NCBI GenBank assembly: GCA_964016885.1
Contig: OZ024743.1
Coordinates: 250,108,001-250,172,000, forward strand
Source: Eledone cirrhosa
Lineage: Eukaryota
DNA length: 64,000 nucleotides
Reading direction: 5' to 3'
The notes beneath the pieces are model-generated. The model did not search any database. It was not told where the DNA came from and worked only from the letters and a program-made list of their open reading frames with translations. Positions 35,952 through 50,940 of this stretch are shown here, in pieces (the stretch's first letter is position 1; each line of letters starts with the position of its first letter). A program made the translations under genes and the position numbers.

Positions 35952-37790
35952 TCATCATCATCATCATCATCATTTTACGTCCGCTTTTCCCTGCTTGCAA
36001 GGGTGGGACAGGTCTTATTCAGCACAGCATCTCTCCACTCATCACGGTCCTTCGTCATCTCCACTGTGAGCTTTAATGATCTGAGGTCTGTTCTCACCAC
36101 CTCCGCCCATGTTTTTCGTGGTCTACCTCTACCACGTCTTCCTTCAACTGGCATTTCCTGGCACTTCTTCACCCATCGGTCATCCTCCATGTGCATCACA
36201 TGTCCATACCACCTCAGTCTCCTCTCCTGTACACTACATTCTATCCCTCTCAGACACAGTTTCTCTCTCAACACATTTATGCTGGGTCGTTCACGCACAT
36301 TTACACTGCACATCCAACGGAGCATGCTTGCCTCATTTCTCTCTAGCCTGCGCATATCCTCTGCAGTTGCTGCCCATGTCTCACTACCATGCAGCATCGC
36401 GCTCCTCACACAGGCATCATACAACCGGCCTTTCGTACGCAGGGAGAAACCCTTCTTCGTCAACAGAGGAAGCAGCTCCCTAAACTTCTTCCAACTTGTC
36501 CTTATTCTAGATACTATGGCCTCGGAACACCCTCCTCCCATGCTAATCTGATCTCCTAGGTACCGGAAGCTATCCACCACTTCTATAGCGCCCTCCTGCA
36601 TTTGAAAAATGTGTCTATCAATGCAACTTCTACTGTCTAATTTCCCTGTACATCTACTGCATACATATTTCTCCCTACCTGTTAGTTTGCCTGCTATCCC
36701 GCTACATCTCTTGTGTACCCAGGATCTGCATTGTGTGCATTTTATAGAATTTATGCCAGTTCCTTTTCTGCATATCGAACATGGTCATTTCCCTGACGGA
36801 ATCAAAGTTTTGTCCTCTTTTCTACTCAACAACTCTTTTGTCTTAGCTAGGTTCACTCTCAGTCCTCTTGCTTCCAACTGCTGTTTTTATTCTCTAGCTC
36901 CTCTACTGATTCTGCTATAAGAACCAGATCATCAGCATAGAGAAGTTCCCATGGACAGCCAGTCTTAAACTCCTCTGTTATGGCTTGGAGGACTATAATG
37001 AACAAGAGCGAGCTGAGGACCGAACCTTGATGTACTCCTACTTGTATCTGGAATTCCTCACTAAACTCCATTCCTACCCTGACTTTACTGAGAGTACCTC
37101 TGTACAAAGTTTGCACTGTCCTCACAAGCCATTCCTCAACACCTAGCTTCCTTAGGGACCACCAGATGACAAATCGGGGTACCCTATCAAAGGCCTTCTC
37201 TAGGTCAACAAAAGCTAAGTATAGTGGCTTATTTTTCTCTAAGAACCTCTCTTGCAATTGTCTCACCAAGAAGAGGGCATCTGTTGTACTCTTCCCAGGC
37301 ACAAAACCAAACTGCATCTCATCTAGTTTGTCCCTTTCTCCAATTAGTTGTGCTAATATCCTTTCTGCCACTTTCATAACCTGATCCATCAGTTTTATAC
37401 CCCTATAATTGCTCCTCTCCAGAGCATCCCCTTTACCTTTGTAGCAATTTATGAGAATACTGCTGCACCAGTCTTTGGGTATGACACCACCATATATAGC
37501 CTGATTGATGATGCGTGCAACCAGTTTAGTGCCTACGTCACCTGATGCCTTCAGCATCTCAGTAACTATTCCCAATGGTCCAGCAGCCTTACCATTTTTC
37601 ATTTCCCTAATCGCCTCTTGGACCCTATATTCGTCAATCTCAATAGCTGGTCCCTCTGTCGGATCTACTGGAGGTAATTTCTCTCTCTCCCATTCGTTCT
37701 CCACATTCATCAGTCTCTCATAATGACATTTCCAGGCCTCCTTTTTCTGATTATTCGTGACACTAAGTACACCGGCATCATCCCGGACAC

Positions 37791-37795
<5 letters not shown>
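35952..37795 (-). mobile_element. 5'-truncated RTE LINE, family A (reverse transcriptase region)
   Basis: NYRGIKL, QFGFVPGKSTTDA, FVDLEKAFD, GVHQGSVLS, LLYADDLV, FRYLG, RLRWYGHV; frameshift near 36885, one TGA near 36786; (GAT)n tail. Confidence 0.96.
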
Positions 37796-37825
<30 letters not shown>

Positions 37826-37828
<3 letters not shown>

Positions 37829-38213
37829 TCATCATCATCATCAACGTTTAACGTCCGTGTTCCACGCTTGCATGGGTTTGGACGGGGGTTTTCCCACTTG
37901 AGGCAAGAGTGATTGTCTTGCTCGCATAGGACTGTCTGGCAGGTTTTCTATGGTTGGATGCCCTTCCTAACACCAACCACATTTACAGTGTGGGTCTGGG
38001 AGGTTTTTACCGTGTTACCTACACGGCCACATTACAGCGTGGACTGTGTGTTTTTTTGTCGTGACACCTACACGATCTCATTTGTTTCGGCCTGGATGGT
38101 GTGGCACCAACATAACTTTACATAGAAGGGGGGCGGTGTGGATGTGGTGGGGGTGGTGGGACGGGGGTGTATTTTGTTAGAGATGCCTACTGACTGTAGT
38201 AGGTTTTACTATG
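37826..38213 (-). mobile_element. RTE family B, 3' UTR only
   Basis: Near-identical to 44900-45292 and 24921-25292. Confidence 0.9.
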
Positions 38214-39519
38214 TATATACAATCATACATACATGTATGGCTCTTTTCCTACTATATCAAGCGTTAAACTAATATATTTTTTAATTGTACTTTGTTGCTT
38301 ACTTTGTTGTTTCCATTTACTTTTTACTAAGACTAGTGCTATAACAACAGAGCAGAATAAAGTGCTTCAATGGTCAAGTTAGGTCAGATCAGGTCATTAA
38401 AGTTTATCTTATAAATCATCACCATTGTTCTCTTGGTATGTTTATTGGCCCGAGTGTAAGTAGTCTAAGTAGTTTAGACTTCAAAAGAATCACACAATTG
38501 GTAAGAGTGCTTTTAGATATTAGACAGAGTAAGCAGAGATGTAGCAAATTGGCAAAATAGACAGAATGTAGTATAGAATGCTTTGCCATATTCTGTTGGC
38601 TATTTCCACCAGCCGAGTTCAAATCCTACAGAAGTCAACTTTGTCTTTTATCCTTTTGGGGTTGATAAAAAAAAGTACCAGTCCAGTCCAGTACTGGGGT
38701 TGATTCTTCCTCTATATCTCTTTTTCACTCTCACTTCTCCTTCACTCTCTCCTTCTCTGGAAGAAATTGGTTGTCCAAGACATGCTGTGCATCACTACGT
38801 CCCCACCAGGAGTTGTGTATCCACACATGTACACAGCCAATGAACAGAAAGAGATTCTCTTTTGGACACTAAAATTGGTGCAACATATTGTCCTGTACCA
38901 ATTAAAAAATTGAAGTCATTTATACAAAGATCTGTCAACTAGTAAAGATACTATAAACATCTGAATTTTTAAACCTTATTTTTCTTTAGATATTTTCTGC
39001 TAAATCATTATATGATGTGAAGAGTTAAGTAGTTATGACCACTTTATCATAAATATAAAGGATTACAATTTATCCAAGATGGCAGGATGTAATTAGGAGG
39101 ACATTTGACTGCTATTTCTAGCTAGTTGAGTGACCTCATAGAGGCAATCTTGTTAAACCAGTGATGAGAGAAATAAATCTGATTCTCTTATGAGTGCTTC
39201 ATTCCATTTGTATTAGCATTGAATTAATTTATTGAAGAAATTCTTAATTAATTAATTATTTCATTGTCTAACGATTATTTTTATGAACAATTTACTAATG
39301 AAATGAGAGATGCAATAATAGATTAAAAAAGTTTTAAATAAAAGAAAAACAATTAAATCAAGGTGTATTTAATAATTTAAATGTTTAAATCTTATAATTT
39401 TTATATATCTAACTGATTATAATTTTACAATAAAGCTTCATGTATTTTATTAACCCTATGACCACCAAGCTCCTCAATGTCTGATGGTCTCTAAACTAGG
39501 TTTCTGGTGCATTAATTGG

Positions 39520-40270
39520 GGCACCCTGTACATCATTCTTCCACTTGGAACTCTTAGTACTTCTTCACCCAATGATCATCATCCATACACATCACATGTC
39601 CACCCTGTGCAGTCTTCTCTCTTGTGTATGGTGGTAAACTGGCAGAGTAGTTAGGAGTTCAGATAAAAAATACCATATTATTTGCTCCGGCTCACTGCGC
39701 TGAGTTCAGATGCCACCAGGGTCACCTTAACCTTTCATTCTTTTGAAGTCAATAAATGAAATAGCAGTTTAATACTGGGGTTGATTCTTTCTCTTTCATT
39801 CAGACTTGGTGTGTTATGGTCTCCATCAGGTTTAATGCCCAAGACAACACTCCTACTACTCCACTGGGAGTCACAAGCCCATTACTTATTTTTTATTTCA
39901 TACCTACTCTTATACAGTAGTGTTTTATTTCATACCTACTCTTATACAGTAGTGTTTTCTCTTAGTTCATCCATACTTCATTGTTCATGCATATTAACAT
40001 TACATATACAATGAAGCATGATCAATTCATTTTTCTCCAGCCTTTGAATATCCTCTGCATTCACTGCTCCTGTCTCACAATCATGCAACAGGGCATTTCT
40101 CACACAGACATCTTCCCTTTGAGAGATAATCCTTTTGTTGTCAACAGATGTAGTAGCTCCCTAAACTGTTCCCACCTTGTTCATATTCAAACTACTACAC
40201 TTTCAGATGAACCTCTAAAACTGCTAATTAGGTCACCTAGGTAACAGAAGCCATCAAATATGACTATGGA
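39520..40270 (-). mobile_element. Degenerate RTE fragments interrupted by a SINE S2 copy
   Basis: CTTCTTCACCCAATGATCATCATCC.. and CTGCTAATTAGGTCACCTAGGTAACAGAAGCC match RTE family A sequence. Confidence 0.6.
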
Positions 40271-40790
40271 ATCTTTGCTAGATTGGTTCCATAAAAGTGG
40301 CAGAATGAAAATGTTTATCATCCCCACCCCACTTGCCTTATTGTCAACCCACAACCTACTTTTAATACAAACCCATCATCCCCACTACCACCATGACCAC
40401 CACCACCACCACCAGCTTTACTAACAACACAACCACTGCCACCACAACCATCACATCCACCAGAACCATCACCATTACAAACAACACTATCACCTCAACC
40501 ACCACCAACTTTACTACCACCAGCAATATGGTTAAAGTACCAATCTAATAAATGTGTGTATTTATTTGAAATCTTTGTAACGATGCTCATCTCTAACGAA
40601 GTATATAAGGTGTGGTCAGTTATAAAACCTCGTTAATGCATATTATCAGGAGGAGCACAAACGAGTGAGGGGATAGGAAAAGAGTGAAGGATTGAAAAAG
40701 AAAGAGAGAGAGAGATGAGAAAGGGGGAAGCAGAAATACATAAATATCATTATTTCCATTGGGAATAATATGAATTGGCACCTTCACAAG

Positions 40791-40849
<59 letters not shown>

Positions 40850-41129
40850 ACATATATATGTATGTGTGTGTAGGCAGTACAAGAGGCTATAACAATAGTA
40901 TTGATGATGATGATGATGAAAAGGCAGGATAGGATTGTGTATGTTACAATAACAGGAGGAGGAGGAAGAATGACAAAGTCACAATTAATATTGTTAACAA
41001 CTGCAGTAAAGTTAATAGTTATTACAACTAAACTGGTAGTAGTAATGATGTACACATTCCAAAGGAAGGTGATGGTGGCAAAACCTTCGTCATTTTTGTG
41101 AGAGTTAAGCCCAATACAGGTGTTAGTGG

Positions 41130-42115
41130 TATACTCAACCACTTACAAATACATTCAAAATAGACTGTATCTGTGACTCAAATATCCCACCTCATCACAC
41201 CCTGTCCTGTTGATTCTGCTGGGAAATTATATTAAGACATAGGTGTCTGTGAAATATTTAACTACTTGCACATAAATTCAAGATAGACAGTGCTTGTAAT
41301 TCAAAGTTCCCACCATGTCACATTATGTCACGGCTTGTGAGTTACATTAAGGGTTTACATGTTTGTGGAATACTAGGCCACTTACACTATAATATAATAA
41401 GGATTGTACCTGTAAATCAAATGTTCACCCTTGTCACACAATGTGTAATACTAATTCTGCCTAGAAATGACATTAACACTTTACCATTTAAACCAGCTGT
41501 ATCTGGCCAGAATTCTTTCACCTCTTTCTGTTCAAACCGGCTGTAAATGGCAGTTTATACTGATGTTAAGTTATTGTTCTCAAAATAAATAATATCAAAA
41601 TCTTGTAGATTCGATATTATGTGAAATAATTATGTGAGGTAAAGCCTTTACCATGAAAATACAATAGTATATGTAGAGTAATGTTAATACTAAAGGGTTA
41701 AGGATACATGTCTGTGGAATACTCAGCCACTTAAACAATAATTGTTTCTACTTTTGGCACAATGCCAGCAATTACCCCAGTGCATACTGGTGCTTTATTT
41801 TATCGACCCCGTAAGGATAAAAGGCAAAGTTAACCTCGGCTGTATTTGAACTCAGAATGTAAAGGGCCGTAACTCTATGCTGCAAAGCATGGCGTCTGAC
41901 CCTCTACCGATACTGCCAATCCACCACCACAATAATACAAGATGGACTGTATCTGAAATTCAATGATCCTCCTTCTCCCCAGAATGTGTCATTTTGATTC
42001 TGTCTGGAAACTACATTAAGGGTACATATGTCTGTGGAATACACAGCCATTTACATATTGATTATTCAATGAATTGGAAGTTCAGTAAATCAAATAAATG
42101 GAATACTCATTGAAA
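41130..42115 (+). repeat. Tandemly reiterated SINE-body segment with nested MITE and SINE insertions
   Basis: Units of ACATTAAGGGTACATGTCTGTGGAATACTCAGCCACTT; the same unit recurs at 25930-26340 and 57400-57840 (minus). Confidence 0.65.
41473..41701. mobile_element. piggyBac-type MITE, family B
   Basis: TTAA target duplicated inside the host motif CATTAAGG; homologous to 53840-54060 and 60581-60793. Confidence 0.75.
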
Positions 42116-42881
42116 CTGCTGCAAGTTCTATATCAAGACTTACAGTCATGAATAACCTGAGGTTTGCACCTGAAAGGTCCTCTCCAAGGTGTATGCCTGG
42201 ACAAAGTGTTTTATTGGAAGACCAGCAGTCATCTTTGCATGCCAATCTTTGCTCTTCACATCACCAATGTTGTCCAAGGGAATGGCAAAGACTGATACAG
42301 TTTGGCACCAATGTCATCACAAATCATTTTTGCCAATTCAATGGACTAGAGCAATGTGAAATGAAGTGTCTTGCTTAAGGACTCAACACAACATTAACTC
42401 CACTGTGTCATGGTAGTAGAGGTGGTGATAATGATGATGTGCTGGTGGTAATGGTGGTGATAATGAGTGGTAGTCACAGCAATGGCTGTGCAGATAATAG
42501 TGGTGGTAATATCACCACAGCACCAGTAAACCACCATCAACAATACACAGCTACACGGCTACCATTGCCATCACTCCTACCACACCAATACACAATAACC
42601 ACCTTGCCACCACCCCTACTAAATCACTTCCACCACCACCATATTTGGCAACCCTCTCAGTTCTCCAACAACGTTGTGACCACCAACACTTATTTTTATG
42701 GTATTTTAAGAAATTATTGCAAAAGGGAGAGAGAGAGAGGGTGAAGAAAGAGAGAGAGAGAGAGGGGGATAGAGAGAGACTCTTGCTTCCTCTCTCTGTT
42801 AGGACATGAGAGAGGGAACAGAAGGGTGGGAGATAGTTTTGTCTGGTCATAAATCTAGTTTGTTTCGTTAGGTAATAAAAC

Positions 42882-43675
<794 letters not shown>

Positions 43676-43777
43676 TATTATTATTATTATTATTGATCTG
43701 TGTGTATTTAAGGAGAGAGTAGGGTGGAAGTCAGAGTGAAGAGCAACCAATAAGAATAACAATACACATACACAGAT

Positions 43778-43813
<36 letters not shown>

Positions 43814-44899
43814 GTTTAACGTCCATCTCCCACATACATACTTCTATTTTAAATGTGCAGTATCCTCCTAGTTCATCGAATAAATCGGACACAAAAATAA
43901 ACGTTAATGACCGAACTAGCCATCAAACAGCAACAACTTTGGTAAAAACAATGAAAAACATTGATGGTGGAAGAACGCTTAACTCTGAAGATGTTGGATA
44001 AATTCTAGAAGCTTCCCCAACAGTGATAGAAAAAAGAAAAAAAGGAGAGGATCATAAAATTATATTTGGATAAAATTATGGCCTCATAACAAGATTATGT
44101 GCAGTTATTTTTATATATTTATATAAATGATCAACCAATCAGAAAATTCCACCAGCGCACTTCTCATTTTTCTTTTTCTATCTCACACAACCACACATGT
44201 GTATATGCATACACAAACATACATATATAGCAATCCTCTTCAGCCTGAAAAGGATCATTACAGCAAAAACTTGGAAATCCCTATCATATTTTTCTTTGAA
44301 AAATATAATCTATATTCTGCTAATATGTAGTGATTGCTCATTCAGTTACTGTTTAGCTATTTCTATGTATGGTTTTACATAAAACAGCTCCAGTTTATAA
44401 ATCTATCATCATCATCACAGTTTCATGTCTATTTTCTATGACTGAGTGCATTAGACAAATCACATTATGAAGATAGAGTGGTCAGGTAACTGCATATTCC
44501 TCATACATTCCATTTTTGACTTGGTTTTTTATGACTGGATGCCCTTCCTAATGTAAAATATTTTATTTCATGTTGCTTCTTCTGCCAGAAGATGCAACTG
44601 ACAGATAGTATTAGCAATGATGACCTTGTTTCCTTGGCTTCATCTGACCATCATCTGACCATCAGCTCCTTTTCATAAATACATACATACACACACACAA
44701 ACATACATTTTATAAATACTGAATTCTTTCTGTGAAAGTTACAATTTCTGAGAAAAGTATATTTTCATATATTTTGTTTTGTTGACTGCAAATGATGTAA
44801 ATATTTATATATATATGTGTGTGTGTGTATACATATACACATGCATATATATATATATATATACATACATATACACATATACACATGCATATATATATA

Positions 44900-45948
44900 T
44901 ATCATCATCATCAACGTTTAACGTTCGTGTTCCACGCTTGCATGGGTTTGGACGGGGGTATTCCCACTTGAGGCAAGAGTGATTGTCTTGCTCGCATAGG
45001 ACTGTCTGGCAGGTTTTCTACAGTTGGATGCCCTTCCTAACACCAACCACATTTACAGTGTGGGACTGGGAGGTTTTTACCGTGTTGCCTACACGGCCAC
45101 ATTACAGCGTGGACTGTGTGTTTTTTGTCGTGACACCTACACGATCTCATTTGTTTCGGCCTGGATGGTGTGGCACCAACATAACTTTACATAGGAGGGG
45201 GTGGTGTGGATGGGGTGGGGGTGGTGGGTGGTGGGACGGGGGTGTATTTTGTTAGAGATGCCTACTGGCTGTAGTAGGTTTTACTATGTATTTAGGTAAG
45301 GCGGGTCTTCTCTATTACTGAGTACCGCCAAAGGTCTCGGTCCAGTGACATTGTCTTGGAGAGGTGTAAGTGTGTGAGGTCGGAGTTTATCAGCTCGTCC
45401 CAGGATTTTCTAGGTCTGCCTATTCCGTGGCTACCGTCTATCTTTATTGCCCTGCACTTTGTTATACAGCTGTCGTCTTTCATCCGCATCACGTGTCCGT
45501 ACCAACGTAGCCTTCTCTCGAGTAAACAACATCTGATCCCTCTTATTTCTAATTTTTTCCTTAGTTCGTTTATGCTTTGCCGTTCACATATATTACTATT
45601 ACACATCCAGCGGAGCATGCAAGCTTCGTTCCTCTCTAGTCTGCGTATATCCTCTGCGCACAATGCCCATGTCTCACTGCCATGCAACATTGCTGTTCGT
45701 ATGCAGGCATCATACAACCTGCCTTTCATTTTTAGGGAGAACCCTCTAGCGGCTAATAGTGGTATAAGCTCTCTGAACTTTTTCCATCCAGTTCTGACTC
45801 TAGCTACTGTACTTTCGGAGCACCCTCCCCCACTGCTGATTTTGTCACCCAGGTAACGGAAGCTGTCCACTATTTCTATAGAGCCCTCTGCGCAATTGAA
45901 AGAGTTAGTATTTTGTGGGCACTCACTGCTACTTATTGCACCAGAGCA
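44900..45948 (-). mobile_element. 5'-truncated RTE LINE, family B, with an open C-terminal frame
   Basis: VDSFRYLGD..MLHGSETW..RLRWYGHVMRM..GRPRKSW, 3' UTR and (GAT)n tail; both flanks are TA/CA microsatellite. Confidence 0.95.
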
Positions 45949-45970
45949 TATATACATACATATACACACA

Positions 45971-46010
<40 letters not shown>

Positions 46011-46528
46011 CACACAGATATATATATATATGTATATATATATTTACACATACACACACACACGTGTGTGTGTGTGTGTGAACAGCCCACTCAATCTAGG
46101 TATACCTACATATGTACTTCGTCTAAACCCTTTATTTTAGTTGCACTAACCAATGAGATTTAGGTTGATAGCTAATTCCCACAGTATTAAACAAAAAACA
46201 TATTTCCCATAATATAAACTCCAGTGAATTAATTGTGAAAATAATCCTTGATACTGAGATAAGCAGCTCTTGAATATGGTTACAAGTCAATAAATGTTTA
46301 GAATTTATGAATGTCTCTAAATTTGAGAACTACCTCTGTATTATACATAGGAGCCAGCTTGTGATGTGGTTGGGCAAACTTAAACTATTCAGGAATCAAT
46401 GGTGTGAAATATAGGAATGAAGTACCTTGCCAAATCCAGTTATCAAATCCATGCCCTTATGATCATCAAACTAACATCCTAACCACTAGTCCTCATGCTC
46501 TCGTCCTTGCCATGACTAAATATAGTTA

Positions 46529-46790
46529 TTAACCCTTTTCATACCAAACTGCCTAAAAATGTCCATGATTCTACACACAAAACCTTTGTTTTTAAATTAT
46601 TAATATTAAACTAAAAGAAAATTCCATCATAATTTTATGTAAAAACCTATGTTATGTTATGTTCCAAACTTCAATTCAATAATGTCAAAGTTAGTTATTT
46701 TACTTATTTCTTCTAAATACCTGATTGCTTTAAGAATTATTTGAAGATCACACGAATTGTCTTTCAGAAATATGGTAATGAAATGGTTAA
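46529..46790. mobile_element. piggyBac-type MITE, family A (single unit)
   Basis: TTAA-CCCTTTTCATACC..GGTAATGAAATGG-TTAA. Confidence 0.75.
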
Positions 46791-47509
46791 ATATGTTTAG
46801 TTTTCCTCTTTATCTATCCGACCCACAATTTCCAGCTGGATATCCTTATGTGCTTCCATAGTTTGTTAGTCCATGTTCTATAAGTTTTTTTCTATTTAAT
46901 AAAAAAAAGCAATTTTATTCATTTAAATCTTATACATTTGTGTTTCCATACTTTAGTTAAATATCCTGACATTTTGTATTTTTTCTTTTCTTTTTGTATT
47001 TTTCTTGGTAACACTGCTTTCTTTTTTAAATTCTTATTTTAGATGAATTTTTATTTGATTTAAAAAAAAATAATTTTATATTTAAATCTTTGCTTCAGTT
47101 ATACCACATGCTGTGGGAGGTTGTTAACTACAAATGCCCAGGTTATTTATCGACAAAAATAAATCGAACCTCCCCACTGCACTAAAAAAATAACACCACT
47201 ATGACTGACTATTTGTTGCTCTGAGCTACATTCAGAACATTAAAACAACAACAACGATGATGAAATGAAAACAATATATATATATATATGCATATAAATA
47301 TATATGTGAATATATATATATAGTATATATAATGTAAATATAGTATATATAATATACATACAATATATATGATACATATATTTTAAACGATGATGATGGT
47401 GTGTCTGCATGTGAATATACACAAATACATACACACTTGTATATATAGTAAAGAAGTGTAAAATGCTATTCTGTAAACAAACACTAAGTCACTAAGTTCA
47501 CACAAGTCT

Positions 47510-47619
47510 GTGCATGTGTGTGTACATGTATGTGTATATATATATATATATATACACACACATACATGTGTATATATATACACATACATGTGTATATATA
47601 TATATATATATACACATAC

Positions 47620-47685
<66 letters not shown>

Positions 47686-47784
47686 GTATGTGTATATATA
47701 TATATATATATACACATGTATGTATATATATATATATATATATACACATGCATGTGTATATATATACACATGTATGTGTGTGTA

Positions 47785-47817
<33 letters not shown>

Positions 47818-48006
47818 GTATGTATATATATATATATATATATACACATACATATATATATATATATATATAGATATATACACATACATATGTATATATA
47901 TATATATATATATATACATACATATATATATATATATACACATATGTGTGTATATATATATATATACATACTTGTATGTGTATATATATATACACACATA
48001 TGTGTA

Positions 48007-48051
<45 letters not shown>

Positions 48052-48345
48052 GCATGTCTGAATGTGTATAATATAATAGATATGTGAGTTTAACTAATCA
48101 ATGCTGATTGATTTGTGGTGTTTTTTTCTCTATATGAAGCACACACATATATATATATATATACACACTCACACACACACATATATATATATATACACTA
48201 ACATATACATACATACAAACACACACACACACACATATATGTATACATTCACATATACATACAAACACACATGCATATAATATATATACATATATACACA
48301 CTAACACATACACACACACACACATGTATATATATATATATATAT
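47510..48345. repeat. Compound TA/CA/TG microsatellite
   Basis: Direct inspection. Confidence 0.95.
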
Positions 48346-48834
48346 ACCAACAATTTTTACAATAGATTCTTTGGCTGTTATTTCCCCACCCCCAGCCCAC
48401 ACTTTTTTCTTGAACCAATTCCATTGTAAGAAACAATAGATTTTCTGTATTTTTCTCTTCTTTCTCTAGAGTAGGGGAAGATGTTGTGGTGGTGGGGGCG
48501 ATGTTGTGGTGGTGGGGGCGATTTTCTGGAACTTTCTTATATTTTCTTTTTCTCTATTTATTTAAAAAAAAAAACATTTCAATTGTGAAGCTAGAGATTT
48601 TTAAGCTCTTATACATGTCTTAAGTAAAAGACATTTTTATTTTGTTATAGATGTCATTATTATTGTTGTTGTTGTGACATTACTATGTTGTTGTTGTGGC
48701 TTATTGCTATACTGTTTTTGTTGTCAATGTTGTAATGTTTTTATTTCCTTGTAGATGTTGTTTAACATTTACTATTTTATGGATGTTGATGTTGTTTTAT
48801 AACATTATTATTATTTTGCTGTTGTTTATAAAAT

Positions 48835-49362
48835 ACTAGCTGAGGTACCCAGCTTCACCTGGGTAAACATGTTAAGAGAAGACCAGTAGAAAATAAAACG
48901 ACTGTATTTAGGTGTATTGTTTGGTTTACAGTATGAGGAGAGAATGAGGTGGGTGTGTGTGTGTAACAAAACAAAAATAGTCAAAAATCTTTCAGATACT
49001 TTAGATTCTTCGTTTTACCATTCGTGCATATGAAGAGTTCTAGGTGGTCCCACTCATGAACAACCTATATATAACTGTATAAACTGATAAAAACTGATTC
49101 TCTCAGATTCAATCCTTTAGCTTTGACAGGGAACTGGCTCTAACTGGAAACTTAAGTCTTGAGAATTTGAATGACAGCTTGGTAAAGAAAGGGATGAGAG
49201 GAATCTTGGGAATTTCTGCTTGATGATTGCCTCCAAGAATAGTGACCTCTAGAAGATGGTTCATCATCTGCCTGACTTAAGCGTATGTCATTGCATAGAC
49301 ATGGTTGGTCCAGTTTTTTCAAAAGGATGATAGGAGTTCCAATCTTTTATATTATATATAGA
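48835..49362 (+). mobile_element. Possible Helentron/DINE-like non-autonomous element
   Basis: 5' ACTAGCTGAGGTACCCAGCTTCACCTGGGTA hairpin and 3' TTTATATTATATATAGAT; a similar end with (GACA)n lies at 33110-33155. Confidence 0.45.
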
Positions 49363-49384
49363 TATAGATAATTATATTATGTCC

Positions 49385-49730
49385 AAATAATGGCCACTCT
49401 CAGATAGGCTTGTGGTAGAGCCTGTAGCAGTAGAAACTTCGAGCATTGGACCCTGGACAACTCACTGCTATCAGAGCAGAGTTGGCCACCCACAGGTCTG
49501 AGCCCTGCCAGGTGGAGTGGCTGTTCCAGCATGTCTCCCTCGCTGTCTTCAGGGGCAATGCATTCTCCATCTTTTCGACCGAGACACAGAAGCAGAGAGT
49601 AAGTTAGTTGGTAGTGGAGGATACATGTTCAGACGTCACTTACACATGTATTGAGTGCCTATTTGAATCCATTCATTTCATATAATAAACTATTTGTTTA
49701 CTAAAAAAAACAGCAAAAAACATAAAAAAC
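49385..49730 (+). mobile_element. CRE-clade non-LTR 3' fragment (restriction-like endonuclease end)
   Basis: EPVAVETS.. and VEWLFQHVSLAVFRGNAFSI, resembling the QRxSxAxQRGNA motif; AATAAA and A-rich tail follow. Confidence 0.6.
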
Positions 49731-50304
49731 ATGATTATACCCTGCGGTTTTTAAGGTTATATTCATTAAAAAAATCATAGGAAAAACAAATTTCCTCTCC
49801 AAAGATAATTATATATAAATGCGGGCGTGTGTAAATATGTAAACCAGCATTCAATTCCAGAGACAGTGGCCGCGAAACACGATCATCGCTTACAATATAA
49901 CAGAAAGAATCCTTTATGGTTGTCTCCCAACCTGCTAGAAATAGCAGTCGGGTCGTTTAGCATACCTGGGATGATTTTCTTTTTTTTTTATGTTATAAAA
50001 TGAGTATCAATAAACCTTCCTGGATATACCCTTATTCCATTGATGTACTTACTTTTTGATTGTCAGTTTTTGTTTTTGTGTGATGTGTGAAGGAAAGAAC
50101 CAACCAACCAGCCAGCCAACAAACAGACATCTCTCTTTTATATTATGTATAGATTACTATTTTGTTGTTGTTATTACTGCTGCTGATGATGATGATGTCA
50201 TTATTGTGACAGCATTTTTTATAGTTGAGGTTGTTGTTATGATGTTTGTATTTTTGTGATATATTTTGTTATTATAATGTATTACTATTTTATTATAGGG
50301 TAAC

Positions 50305-50490
50305 ATGGTAAAAACCTCCCAGTTCAACACTGTAAATGTGGTTGGTGTTAGGAAGGGCATCCAGACGTAGAAAAATCCGCCAGACAGTCCTATGCGAGCA
50401 AGACAACCACTCTTGCCTCAAGTGGGAAAACTCCCGTCCAAACCCATGCAAGCGTGGAATATGGACGTTAAACGATGATGATGATGATGA
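50305..50490 (+). mobile_element. RTE family B 3' UTR fragment
   Basis: GGTTGGTGTTAGGAAGGGCATCCA..GGACGTTAAAC(GAT)n. Confidence 0.85.
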
Positions 50491-50940
50491 AGTTGTTGAT
50501 GTTGCTATTGTTGTTATATTACTATTGATTCAGACATTTATGCAGTCAATAGCATATATTAGGAGTAATTGCAGACATAGCTGTGTATTTAGGAAGTGTA
50601 GTATCTTGGGCAAGTCTCTTTACCATAGTTACTTAAGCAAACTTACCAGGAAGAAACTTTTTGGGTGGACTGAACCACACATCTTTGAAACACTCAATAA
50701 CTTACATAATAATACAAGATTGATCATTCAAAGTTTCAGCCTTATCACATTATGTGATCCTGATTTGGTTTGGAATTACATATTAATTCATGAGCTGAAA
50801 GAACAATTGATTAAACAGCTGAATGCTCATTGAAACTGACTAATACCCATCATACATCAGGAAGAAATTATTCTGTATCTGCAGAGAGCTTATACTACTG
50901 TTGTCTTTTAATTACATATCTGGTCATCATTTGTAGAATA

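Noticed and set aside
35943-37723. Plus-strand ORFs of 70-200 aa overlapping the LINE
   Set aside because: Antisense shadows of the RTE reading frame.
49944-49956. GCTAGAAATAGCA, matching part of the Cas9 sgRNA scaffold (also on the minus strand near 39110-39122)
   Set aside because: Only a 13-nt match inside a recurring host repeat; the rest of the scaffold is absent.
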